Assembly: GCA_016188865.1 (NCBI GenBank)
Contig: JACPGX010000001.1
Span: 13,197 to 77,196, forward strand
Source of the DNA: Candidatus Nealsonbacteria bacterium
GTDB lineage: Bacteria; Patescibacteriota; Minisyncoccia; Minisyncoccales; MHMH01
DNA: 64,000 nucleotides
Direction of reading: 5' to 3'
Part shown: piece by piece, positions 28,142 through 36,799 of the stretch
Numbering within the stretch: the first letter of the stretch is position 1
Layout of the letters: every line of letters starts with the position of its first letter
Program-made: the position numbers and the translations under genes
The notes under the pieces: model-generated
Told to the model about the DNA's origin: nothing
Databases searched by the model: none
What the model saw: only the letters and a program-made list of their open reading frames with translations

Positions 28142-29497
28142 TCAATAACCTATGCGGTATTTCGTAAAAGCTTCTTGATAAACTCCCTCGTCCAAAAAGC
28201 CATGGCCGGAAATATTAAAAAGAATTATTTTTTTCTCACCGGTTGCCTTGCACTCGAGCGCTTCTTCAATTGCGGTGGCAATAGAATATATGGACTCCAC
28301 TGCGGGAAAGCCGTGCCGCCTAGGATTATACTCTCCGATATTGGCTACTTGCGGCAGGACAACCGGCGGAGGCAAGGGCCCTTCCGTATCATAAAATAAT
28401 TTAGCGCAGCAAAAAACAAAAGATTCATCGGGAGAAACCGCTTCTATCAAGCCATGATTTCTCAAAAGGCTGATAATCGGAGCGGCTGAAGCGTAGCGCA
28501 AACCTTCAGCTAAAGAAGGAGCGAGTTTTGCTTTATGGCCCAAAGTATACATCTTCAACTTCGGAGTCAAACCGGCGTGGTCAGCGTAGTCATAGCGATA
28601 TTTTCCCTTAATCAAGCTGGGAGCGGCTTGCGTCTGGCTGGCAATAAATCTGATTTTTTTTCCACCCGCCAAAACTTCTTTCATAAAAGGCAGAGCAATA
28701 CCGCCAAAATTACTCCCGCCGCCAAGACAGGATATTACGATATCCGGCCAAAGCCTCAATTCCTCAAACTGCTGACGCGCTTCCAAGCCAATAATGGTCT
28801 GATGCAAAAGCACGTGGTTTAAAACAGAACCCAAAACGTAAACCGTACTTTCGGAGCTGGGTAGATAAGCTGTGTCCTTACGGGAAATGGCATCTTCCAA
28901 GCCTTCGGAAATGGCTATGCCTAAAGACCCTTGATGATTGGGATTATCATGCAAAAGTGTCTGGCCGCATCCTGTATTTGTGCTGGGAGAAGCATAAACC
29001 ACGGCTCCTAATTCTTCCATAAACTTTCTTCTTTCCGGCTTTCTATCGTGAGCCGCTCTCACCCAATAAACCGCCGCCTCAAGGCCAAAAATTTTTGCTG
29101 CGTAAGCCACGGCAGTTCCCCACTGTCCTGCTCCGGTTTCTGTAACTAGCCGTTTAATGCCAGCTTGTTTTGCGTAAAATGCTTGGGCTAAAGCAGTATT
29201 TAATTTATGAGAACCTGTGGGACTGTAAAATTCTGTTTTATAAAAAAGACGGGCGGGAGTTTTCAATGCTGCTTGAAGTTTTTTAGCTTCAACCAGCGGC
29301 CTTGGCCTGCCAATCATCGCATAAATTTGCTGAAGCTCTTTGGGAATTTCAATTTCCGGTTCCCTGCTCATTTCCTGCTTCAAGCATTCCGGCACTAAAA
29401 CTTTCAGCACTTCTTCGCCGCCTTTTGGCGGAGGCAATGGCTCTAAGTATTTTGCCAAATCCGGCACAATGTTATACCAACTCTGAATATTTTCCAT
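28142..29497 (-). CDS. TrpB-like PLP enzyme (TrpB2 family)
   Basis: SPTGSHKLNTA, TETGAGQWG, GSLGIAISE, LGSVLNHV and SGHG. Confidence 0.92.
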   Translation of the reverse strand: MENIQSWYNIVPDLAKYLEPLPPPKGGEEVLKVLVPECLKQEMSREPEIEIPKELQQIYAMIGRPRPLVEAKKLQAALKTPARLFYKTEFYSPTGSHKLNTALAQAFYAKQAGIKRLVTETGAGQWGTAVAYAAKIFGLEAAVYWVRAAHDRKPERRKFMEELGAVVYASPSTNTGCGQTLLHDNPNHQGSLGIAISEGLEDAISRKDTAYLPSSESTVYVLGSVLNHVLLHQTIIGLEARQQFEELRLWPDIVISCLGGGSNFGGIALPFMKEVLAGGKKIRFIASQTQAAPSLIKGKYRYDYADHAGLTPKLKMYTLGHKAKLAPSLAEGLRYASAAPIISLLRNHGLIEAVSPDESFVFCCAKLFYDTEGPLPPPVVLPQVANIGEYNPRRHGFPAVESIYSIATAIEEALECKATGEKKIILFNISGHGFLDEGVYQEAFTKYRIGY

Positions 29498-29584
29498 TAG
29501 CGTACCTCCATCTTCTATTTTCAAGGCGCTAATCCACCATACAAAATCTTCAAAAAAAATCAAGCCCCAAAATAAAACCCCGGA

Positions 29585-30748
29585 TTAACCCGAGGTTTTT
29601 TTACTTAATAGAATTTCCAGATAAGATTTTTTAGTGGTGTCTTTTTTCCTGATGCCGAGCTTTTTCAAGAGTTCGGTGATTTCAGCTTTCCCCTCGTGAT
29701 TCTTAGCGCGGAATTCCAAAAATTCTCCGTTGTTTTCTATTCTATCCATAACGAGTTCCAGATTATCTCTTTCAGAAAATTTTCGCCTTATTTTTTTCAG
29801 AGAAAGCGTTCTTTTATATCCCAACTTTTCCAGTGCGTCTTTTAAACCGGGCTCCACCTCAAACTCAATTTTGGGCTTAATCCTGAAAGAGCCACTGCAT
29901 ACAGGACCTTTGTAGGCAAGAAAATATCTGCCCCCCTCTTCCCTTATGCGCATCAACTCTCCCTTATAATTCTTTTCCCAATTAGGAGCAGAATAGTAGG
30001 TGTCCTGCTGGAGAGCGCTGGATCGCAATCGAAAGCCAATCTTTGCCAATTCGTCCAGAGGAATTTCCCGCCTCAAAAATACTTTAATCTGGATTTCCTG
30101 ACTCTGGCACGATTCAGCTTCAATTTCCGGAACATACTGATTAACGATTATTACATCGGCCCGGGATTTTGTCGGCTCAACGTGCAGCTTATACATCGGA
30201 TAAACGGTTTCTACATACTGCCTAAAAATATCCCGCTCTGTCTGGCCGGTTCTGCCGACATCCCTAAGAAGCCTGCGCAATAAACTTCCGTGAACGCTTA
30301 TATCCACAAAAATTTTACAATCAACTCTGCTGACAATGGTATCATGCAAAGCAAAGAGGCCCTCCAGAATGATTAAGTCAGCCGATTGGAATTCTTCGTA
30401 TCCTTCTCTCGTGCCTGTCTCAAAGGAATAGATTGATTTTTGGATCGAAAGGCCGCATTTTAAAAGTTCCAGGTGCCACTTCAGAAGATCAAGATCAAGA
30501 GCCCGCGGCTCATCCCAATTGTCAGAGCCGATGCTCTCCATGAAATGCCGGCCCTTGAAATAATCGTCCATGCTTAAGATAACTGACCCGGGAAAGCAAT
30601 CGTGAAGACTCTTGGCTACTCTCGTTGTTTTGCCCGAACCCGAACCTCCGGCAACCCCTATAATCAACGGTTTCGTTTTCTTTATCATTCTTTTTATTCT
30701 GCGCTGGATGACTGGCAGTCCTTTGTTTAATTCGTAAGTCTTAGACAA
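29585..30748 (-). CDS. Uridine kinase fused to a CYTH domain
   Basis: GVAGGSGSGKTT, MDDYF, ILEGLFAL and RRLLRD, then EIQIK..QQDTYY..RIR..YKGP (CYTH). TTG start after GGAGGT. Confidence 0.85.
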   Translation of the reverse strand: MSKTYELNKGLPVIQRRIKRMIKKTKPLIIGVAGGSGSGKTTRVAKSLHDCFPGSVILSMDDYFKGRHFMESIGSDNWDEPRALDLDLLKWHLELLKCGLSIQKSIYSFETGTREGYEEFQSADLIILEGLFALHDTIVSRVDCKIFVDISVHGSLLRRLLRDVGRTGQTERDIFRQYVETVYPMYKLHVEPTKSRADVIIVNQYVPEIEAESCQSQEIQIKVFLRREIPLDELAKIGFRLRSSALQQDTYYSAPNWEKNYKGELMRIREEGGRYFLAYKGPVCSGSFRIKPKIEFEVEPGLKDALEKLGYKRTLSLKKIRRKFSERDNLELVMDRIENNGEFLEFRAKNHEGKAEITELLKKLGIRKKDTTKKSYLEILLSKKTSG

Positions 30749-31220
30749 TTTTACACCTCCATTCTTCCGGAATAGCGTCGAGTTTCGCCAAATTATGATT
30801 TTCAAATCTTGGATCACCCGTCACTTCTTCGGTCATAATGCCCGTAGGCATTTCAAAAGCATCATCTTTTGATTTTTTCTCGAACTCCAGCAAAACTAAG
30901 CCGCCTAATTGAGCAAGAAAAACATCGAGCTCCAAAATGCCAATGAGATGTCTTGTCTTTCTGATTTTGTTAAACTTTCTGACTCTTAAAAGCGTATTGG
31001 CAAAAGTGCGATGAATTTCCTGCTCATACTCCCGATTAACGCCCGGCTTCTGCTTTATTTTTATTGTCAAATAGTAAGTATCGAAATTCTCAACCCTCAC
31101 TCTAATCGGCGGGTCAATGGAAATATACCATTGAGTGATTTCTTTGCTAGGATATTCAAGATAGCTTCTCGGAAGCGCCTTCACCAAAAATTTTTTTTCA
31201 TTCTCAATCTTTAATTTCAC
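30741..31220 (-). CDS. CYTH-domain protein (triphosphate tunnel metalloenzyme)
   Basis: ENEKKFLV, IRVR, REYE, KTRH, ELDVF and EEVTGDPRFEN. Confidence 0.88.
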   Translation of the reverse strand: MKLKIENEKKFLVKALPRSYLEYPSKEITQWYISIDPPIRVRVENFDTYYLTIKIKQKPGVNREYEQEIHRTFANTLLRVRKFNKIRKTRHLIGILELDVFLAQLGGLVLLEFEKKSKDDAFEMPTGIMTEEVTGDPRFENHNLAKLDAIPEEWRCKIV

Positions 31221-31221
31221 G

Positions 31222-31626
31222 CTATCCTTCCCTTTTCGAATCATTGATTATCTTGCGATGATCAAATCCTATATTCTCGGGAAGTTGATCCAAAGGGAAA
31301 AATTGAAATTCCAGCGACTCATCGTTAAGACAAATCTCCCCCTTTGTTCTCTCTAAAAGAAAAACCATGGAAACTACGTGGTACCTTGGGTCTCTCTTGG
31401 GATCAGAATACACTCCAATTAATTTTTTAATCCTCACTGAAATTCCCAATTCTTCTTTCATTTCCCTTTTAACCGCTTCTTCAACAGTTTCTCCGTATTC
31501 AACATGACCGCCGGGAATCACCCAATACCCGATAAAGGGATAATAACTCCGTTTCTCCAATAAAATCTTCCCTTCTTCCAAAATCACTCCATCCACGGCT
31601 AAAATCGGACTTCTCGGCTTTTCCAT
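31222..31626 (-). CDS. NUDIX hydrolase (ADP-ribose pyrophosphatase-like)
   Basis: Nudix box GGHVEYGETVEEAVKREMKEELG and RDPR. Confidence 0.93.
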   Translation of the reverse strand: MEKPRSPILAVDGVILEEGKILLEKRSYYPFIGYWVIPGGHVEYGETVEEAVKREMKEELGISVRIKKLIGVYSDPKRDPRYHVVSMVFLLERTKGEICLNDESLEFQFFPLDQLPENIGFDHRKIINDSKREG

Positions 31627-31671
31627 GAATCCTTCCTCCTTTTATTGCGAATTTTGTCAATGAACGAAGTT

Positions 31672-31722
31672 ATATTATCAAAAATTTAAAAATTTGACAA
31701 GAAGAAAAACGTATGCTAATCT
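31672..31722. promoter_or_regulatory. Back-to-back divergent sigma70 promoters sharing overlapping -35 boxes
   Basis: Plus strand TTGACA(31694)-N17-TAATCT; minus strand TTGTCA-N17-TAATAT. Confidence 0.7.
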
Positions 31723-31766
31723 TCCAGAGTTCGGTTCATTAAAAATAATCGTAAAGGGGGAAAAGT

Positions 31767-32360
31767 ATGAGCCACATCGCGGTTTACAAGACAACGCTGG
31801 GAGAGGTTAATACAGATATTCTGAAAAAAACCCTGGAAATCCTTGCGCTGGAGGAAACCGGCATAGAAATACGCGATTATATAGAAGATTACTACGGGAA
31901 AAAACATAGTTCATGGGAAGGAAATAAGATCATCGGAGCTATATTCAGCCGCCAATTGCAAAAAGGAGTTGGCGTCAGCGTAGATAAGCAGGGGCATCTT
32001 GTTTTTATTTCGCATGAACTAGGACCGGCCTTTGAAAAAATAAAAGCCAGAATTGAGCATATCTATAAAGTGGTTGCTCTGGCAATCGCCCTCCAAAATA
32101 TGGGGTACGAAATCCAGGCAGATGAAAAAATGACGACCCTCGAGGCAACTCTTAATAAAAATAAAATCAGCATTGAAATGAAGGGCAAAGGAGATGTTGC
32201 CACCGACCTTGAAGGATTTGCCGGTAAAACCTGCTTTGAAGAAGCGCAAAAATTAGCAGAAATGCTGAAAGAATTGGGGGTGAACGTTGATGCCAAAGAT
32301 TTGCAGCCAAAACCAGAAAGCCAAATCGAACCGCCCGAAAGGCAAAAACAAAGCTCCTAG
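31767..32360 (+). CDS. DUF1257 (Ycf35-like) fused to a DUF2997-like domain
   Basis: N-terminal MSH..YKT and LQNMGY, then G.V...EGFAGKTC; upstream of an AAA ATPase. Confidence 0.65.
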   Translation: MSHIAVYKTTLGEVNTDILKKTLEILALEETGIEIRDYIEDYYGKKHSSWEGNKIIGAIFSRQLQKGVGVSVDKQGHLVFISHELGPAFEKIKARIEHIYKVVALAIALQNMGYEIQADEKMTTLEATLNKNKISIEMKGKGDVATDLEGFAGKTCFEEAQKLAEMLKELGVNVDAKDLQPKPESQIEPPERQKQSS

Positions 32361-32361
32361 T

Positions 32362-32502
32362 ATGATGGTAATTTCTGTCTTGTCAAATGGCGACATTATG
32401 GTGCAAGATTACTCGCATCAAGATGATCGCCAAAAACTCGTTAAAATGCTTCAAAAAATGGGAATAAAAACAGAAGCTATTATTGACAGTCTTTGCGGTT
32501 AG
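32362..32502 (+). CDS. Small protein (46 aa) ending in Cys-Gly
   Basis: ATG 1 nt after the previous stop; fills the gap before the AAA gene's SD. Confidence 0.55.
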   Translation: MMVISVLSNGDIMVQDYSHQDDRQKLVKMLQKMGIKTEAIIDSLCG

Positions 32503-32512
32503 GGGAGGTAAG

Positions 32513-34330
32513 ATGGACGAAAAAAATAATTTGCCCGAGTGGTTTAATGATCTTGTCACTCAATATCAGGCTGGCATCAGCCGGGAATTTATACTTTTTG
32601 GGAATATCGCTGACTTGATTCGTAATCCTGACGACGAACCGGAAAAACAGTATATTTCTTTTCGAGAATTTTGGGAGAAAATTTTTGAAGAACGTGAAAT
32701 GGTTATTCTTTACAGCATGGCCTGGGGACTCCGTTTCCCTAACAAAGATATGGAAGAACGTTTTAGAATAGCTTCCGGATTCGACCAGCCAGACTCAAGC
32801 TCAACAAGTCCTCTGGCAAAAGTCGGCGTCCTGCAGAAAAGACGGCTTCCTCAAGATCCAGAAACCTGCCTTCTGCTTATTGAAAGAGCGCTTAGAAATA
32901 TACCGAAAATAGCGGTGATGATCTACTTTGCTCACCACGTTGTCCCGGCTGGAGGTCCCGGCGGGACAACGCAGACACCCTCGGAAAGAGTAAACATTGA
33001 AAGACTTGCCCAGTGGGCTTCGAGCGTAGGAATCAAAGAAAGCAAGGGCATTGTCCTATTATTTACTGATAAAATTGCGAACCTTGCCTCGGAACTGCGA
33101 GAAACTAACAGTGGCGTTAAACCGATTATGGTGCTCAAGCCTTCAAGGGCCGAAAGAAAAGAATTTTTGCAATCCATTACCTGCAAGCCACAGCCGAAGA
33201 AAAAGAAACAGCCGCCAGTTGATAGCGAAGGAAAATTTTTAGTACCGGAAGATTTCAACCTGGACGAATTCACCCACGCTACTCAGGGAATGGGCTTCCA
33301 GCAGATTCTTGATATTTTCCTTCGCAGCAAAGAAAGAAAGGGGGCAGTAAATTTAGATTATGTAAAAGAAGAAAAAAAGAAAATACTGAACAGCGAATTC
33401 GGCGAAGTTATGGAGGTTATGGAACCTGCAAGCGGATTCGACGATGTCGGAGGATTGGAGTATATAAAGAAATATTTTAACGTTATTCTTGACGCCATAA
33501 AGAAAGGTGAAAAAAGACTCGTCCCGATGGGAATCACCTTGATGGGTCCTCCGGGAACCGGAAAGACAAAGATTCTTGAGGCACTGGCCTTCGAAGCAGG
33601 CTTCAACTTTGTCAAAGCTAAAAATCTCCGAAACATGTGGGTCGGCGGCTCGGAAGAGAGGATGCAGACTTTCAAATACGGTCTTTATTCACTGGCGCCG
33701 GTTGTGGTTAACAATGATGAGGCCGATCTCGCCGAAGCCGACCGCAATTCTCCGAAAGGAGATTCCGGTGTATCGGAAAGGCACATGAGAGAATGGATGG
33801 ATATGCTGTCCGATCCGAAAATCCGCGGCCAAATTATTGTAATCAACTGCACCAATAGACCCGACAGGCTTGATCCGGCTCTCAAAAGAAGCGGGAGAAG
33901 CGATGACAGAGTCCTCCTGCCCATGCCTTCAGAAGAAGAGAGGAAAGTGATTTTTCCGGTAATGTTCAAGAGATACAAAATACCAACGAGTATTTCTGAC
34001 TTTACAGAATTTGCCGAACTGACAAACGGCTTATCCGGAGCAGATATCGAAAAAATAACATTGAACGCCTTCAAGCTGGCGTTTAAGCAATGCAGGGAAA
34101 AGGTCGACGCAGACGATTTGAAAAAGGCAATTGCCGATTTCATCCCAAGCGCCAGCCAGAAAGAAATCGATCTGATGACCCTTATGGGTATACTGGAATC
34201 TTCATCGCGTGAATTACTGCCGCCTCATATCAAAGAGATTGTCGAGGCGATTAAAAAACGAAACATGGTACCGAACCTTGACGGAATTCTTGCTGAAATC
34301 AAGGCCAGAAAAATTGTGGATATAGATTAA
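32513..34330 (+). CDS. AAA+ ATPase (Ycf46/SpoVK-like, degenerate N-terminal module)
   Basis: GPPGTGKT, Walker B variant NNDEAD, TNRPDRLDPALKRSGR and SGADIE; SD GGAGGT. Confidence 0.88.
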   Translation: MDEKNNLPEWFNDLVTQYQAGISREFILFGNIADLIRNPDDEPEKQYISFREFWEKIFEEREMVILYSMAWGLRFPNKDMEERFRIASGFDQPDSSSTSPLAKVGVLQKRRLPQDPETCLLLIERALRNIPKIAVMIYFAHHVVPAGGPGGTTQTPSERVNIERLAQWASSVGIKESKGIVLLFTDKIANLASELRETNSGVKPIMVLKPSRAERKEFLQSITCKPQPKKKKQPPVDSEGKFLVPEDFNLDEFTHATQGMGFQQILDIFLRSKERKGAVNLDYVKEEKKKILNSEFGEVMEVMEPASGFDDVGGLEYIKKYFNVILDAIKKGEKRLVPMGITLMGPPGTGKTKILEALAFEAGFNFVKAKNLRNMWVGGSEERMQTFKYGLYSLAPVVVNNDEADLAEADRNSPKGDSGVSERHMREWMDMLSDPKIRGQIIVINCTNRPDRLDPALKRSGRSDDRVLLPMPSEEERKVIFPVMFKRYKIPTSISDFTEFAELTNGLSGADIEKITLNAFKLAFKQCREKVDADDLKKAIADFIPSASQKEIDLMTLMGILESSSRELLPPHIKEIVEAIKKRNMVPNLDGILAEIKARKIVDID

Positions 34331-34347
34331 AAAAGGAGGTAAAAAAA

Positions 34348-35286
34348 ATGGGTGGAGGGGGAACATATTACGATAGGGATGTAACCGACAGGAATCGAAG
34401 GACAGATAAGGGTTTTTCAGATGTTGCGGAATCAAAAATGTCTAGAAGCAAAGTTGATGCGGCAGTACTCCCTCGCGGCAGAAAACTTACCTGTACGGCT
34501 AAAAGTCCTGTTGTTTATGCATTTGATGTAACTGGTTCTATGGGCGATCTGCCAAAAATAATTTTTGACAAAATGCCAATGATGGCAGGCCAGTTGATAG
34601 AGAAGGGTTACCTTGAAGATGTGATGATGAGCCTTTCGGCCGTGGGCGATATTCTAAGTGACCAGGCGCCTCTGCAAGTGTGTGATTTCGCTCTTGTTAA
34701 GAATCTGGACGAGTGGCTGCAAAGAATCTGGCTGGAAGGCCAGGGGGGAGGGCAAGCGCGGGAATCGTACGAGTTTATTGCCTACTTCTATGCGAAAATG
34801 TGCGATATTCCAAATGCTGAAACGCCGATATTTCTTTTCACCGGAGACGAAGGGTTCAGAGAAAACCTGCCCGCAGCTACCCTTAGGGAATATTTTGGCA
34901 AAGGAAGTGAAAACACTGACGCCAAAAGCATCTTCGAAGAGTTAAAAAAGAAATTCAAGGGCAATGTATTTCTCATTCATCGGCGTTACAATCAAGGCGA
35001 CCAAGAAATTGTAGCGCAATGGGAAAATGTCCTTGGTAAAGAGAGAGTAATTAAACTTGGCAGTGATTTGGCCATCGCTGATGTAACTTTAGGAGTATTC
35101 GCAATCGTCGCCGGTAAGCGCACCCTTGAAGAATATCTCCAAGACATGAAAACCAGGGGCCAAGACGACCAAAGAATTGCCGAGGTCAGAAAATCCTTGG
35201 AGGTACTGGCTGCTATGATAAAACCCGCCCGCAAAATTTCCAAAAAAGCACCGGCAACAGAAAAGAAAAAGCCGGGAAGGATTTAA
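34348..35286 (+). CDS. vWA (MIDAS) domain protein
   Basis: FDVTGSM, LEGQGGG..ESYE and TGDEG; SD AGGAGGT. Confidence 0.82.
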   Translation: MGGGGTYYDRDVTDRNRRTDKGFSDVAESKMSRSKVDAAVLPRGRKLTCTAKSPVVYAFDVTGSMGDLPKIIFDKMPMMAGQLIEKGYLEDVMMSLSAVGDILSDQAPLQVCDFALVKNLDEWLQRIWLEGQGGGQARESYEFIAYFYAKMCDIPNAETPIFLFTGDEGFRENLPAATLREYFGKGSENTDAKSIFEELKKKFKGNVFLIHRRYNQGDQEIVAQWENVLGKERVIKLGSDLAIADVTLGVFAIVAGKRTLEEYLQDMKTRGQDDQRIAEVRKSLEVLAAMIKPARKISKKAPATEKKKPGRI

Positions 35287-35298
35287 AGGAGGTAGATA

Positions 35299-35763
35299 AT
35301 GATTGTAAAACTCCCTGTGCCAATTTCATCTATTATAGACCAGGCAGTTGATATTTTCGTTTCCAGTCACTCTGGAGTAGAAACTGATAAAAGATACCAA
35401 GGCGCCGACCTATGGATGATACGCAAACACGAAACAGGAAATAGCGATGAGCCGTCTATTGTTTCGCGGCGAATAACAATCGCGGCATATCCAGAAAACG
35501 AAGATGAATTAGTTTTCATACCCGACATTATTGTAACCAAGGCAAACAGCGGTCGCTATGTTCCTACGGCCGAGAAACGAAGGGAAAATATGAGGCGTCT
35601 TTCTATTTTTGATATTGAGGGCCGCTTGTTTCGTAAACGAAACGAAAATCAGAGAAGGAAAGAACTCGAAAAGATAAGAAATGAGATGGTGAAAATATTA
35701 AACTCTGCTTGGGTTGCCACAAACAATCTTTCAACGGCGGATGCGACAGAATTAGTTCCGTAA
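35299..35763 (+). CDS. Hypothetical protein
   Basis: 154-aa ORF with AGGAGGT SD, followed by a terminator at 35786-35826. Confidence 0.75.
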   Translation: MIVKLPVPISSIIDQAVDIFVSSHSGVETDKRYQGADLWMIRKHETGNSDEPSIVSRRITIAAYPENEDELVFIPDIIVTKANSGRYVPTAEKRRENMRRLSIFDIEGRLFRKRNENQRRKELEKIRNEMVKILNSAWVATNNLSTADATELVP

Positions 35764-35828
35764 TAAGTTTAGATAGTTGTAAATCAAAACCCGATGTTTA
35801 CATCGTCAACATCGGGTTTTTTGTTTAA

Positions 35829-35855
35829 AACTAACGATGTCGTTCTTCGTTAGTT
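35829..35855. repeat. REP-like hairpin, family 3 (copies at 36377-36405 and 36602-36629)
   Basis: aactaacgatgtcgttcttcgtta(g/a)tt three times. Confidence 0.85.
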
Positions 35856-36600
35856 ATTCAATGGCGACTTGTTCCGAATCGGCCAATTCTCTTTTTACTT
35901 GCAGCCAATCATTGACTAATCTTCGGGCTTCTTTAACGCCGCCCATTTCATTAATCAGCCATTCCCTGGCAGTGACGGACGGAAAATTTTTATTGCCAAG
36001 GCAATCGAGATAGCTTGACCAACGATATTCTTCTTCAAGAAATTTAATAATTTTATTTAAATCTTTAATTTTGATTCCCTCTTCTTTCCACTTCGGACAA
36101 ATAATTGCTACTGGATTGGTATGAATATAGACAAAAACAATTTTTAATTGGTTGTCGTTAGTAATATAAACTATTTTATATCTTCCCTGAAAAACATGCC
36201 CCGCTCTTTTATATTTCTGATTATAGTAATGTCCGTATCCAGTCCCAATTTTTCTCATGAGTTTAATTATACCGCCATCTTTGACTTGTCGCACCAACAG
36301 ATGAACATGATTTAACATCAAACAAAATGCCAATATCTCTACTATAATTTCTCTTTTTTCATCTCTTATATTTACTAAACTAACGATGTCGTTCTTCGTT
36401 AATTTTCGTTTTAGAGAAAAATGGCGGGCAACACGGAATTTTGAAGAAACTGGCTTTAAGTCGTTGAATACAAATAAATTATGGATCATTTGCAAATAAT
36501 CTTGCTTATCACGAAAAAGCTTTAGGCCATCTACTGCCCGAATAACAATGTGGTATATTTCCTTAGTAACTAATGGTGGTCTTCTGCCTTTATTCTTCAT
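35854..36600 (-). CDS. REP-associated tyrosine transposase (RAYT)
   Basis: YHIVIR, FCLMLNHVHL, YIHTNP and YRWSSY. Confidence 0.88.
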   Translation of the reverse strand: MKNKGRRPPLVTKEIYHIVIRAVDGLKLFRDKQDYLQMIHNLFVFNDLKPVSSKFRVARHFSLKRKLTKNDIVSLVNIRDEKREIIVEILAFCLMLNHVHLLVRQVKDGGIIKLMRKIGTGYGHYYNQKYKRAGHVFQGRYKIVYITNDNQLKIVFVYIHTNPVAIICPKWKEEGIKIKDLNKIIKFLEEEYRWSSYLDCLGNKNFPSVTAREWLINEMGGVKEARRLVNDWLQVKRELADSEQVAIE

Positions 36601-36664
36601 AAAACTAACGATGTCGTTCTTCGTTAATTATACTATAGCGAAATAAAAATACCCTGCCAAGAGT

Positions 36665-36700
36665 GTCTCCAAGAACGTCTCCAAGAACGTCTCCAAGAAC
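36665..36700. repeat. 12-bp tandem repeat x3
   Basis: (gtctccaagaac)3, followed by a strong hairpin and T tract at 36710-36750. Confidence 0.9.
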
Positions 36701-36799
36701 GAAAGGCTTGCCCTCCCACTCATGCATAGGTGGGAGGGCTTGTTTTTTTTATAAAATATGGTAGCGTATAACATCGAACCTTAACAAAGAGGTAAAAAA

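Noticed and set aside
36665..36700. CRISPR array
   Set aside because: 12-bp tandem units without spacers, and no cas genes in the window.
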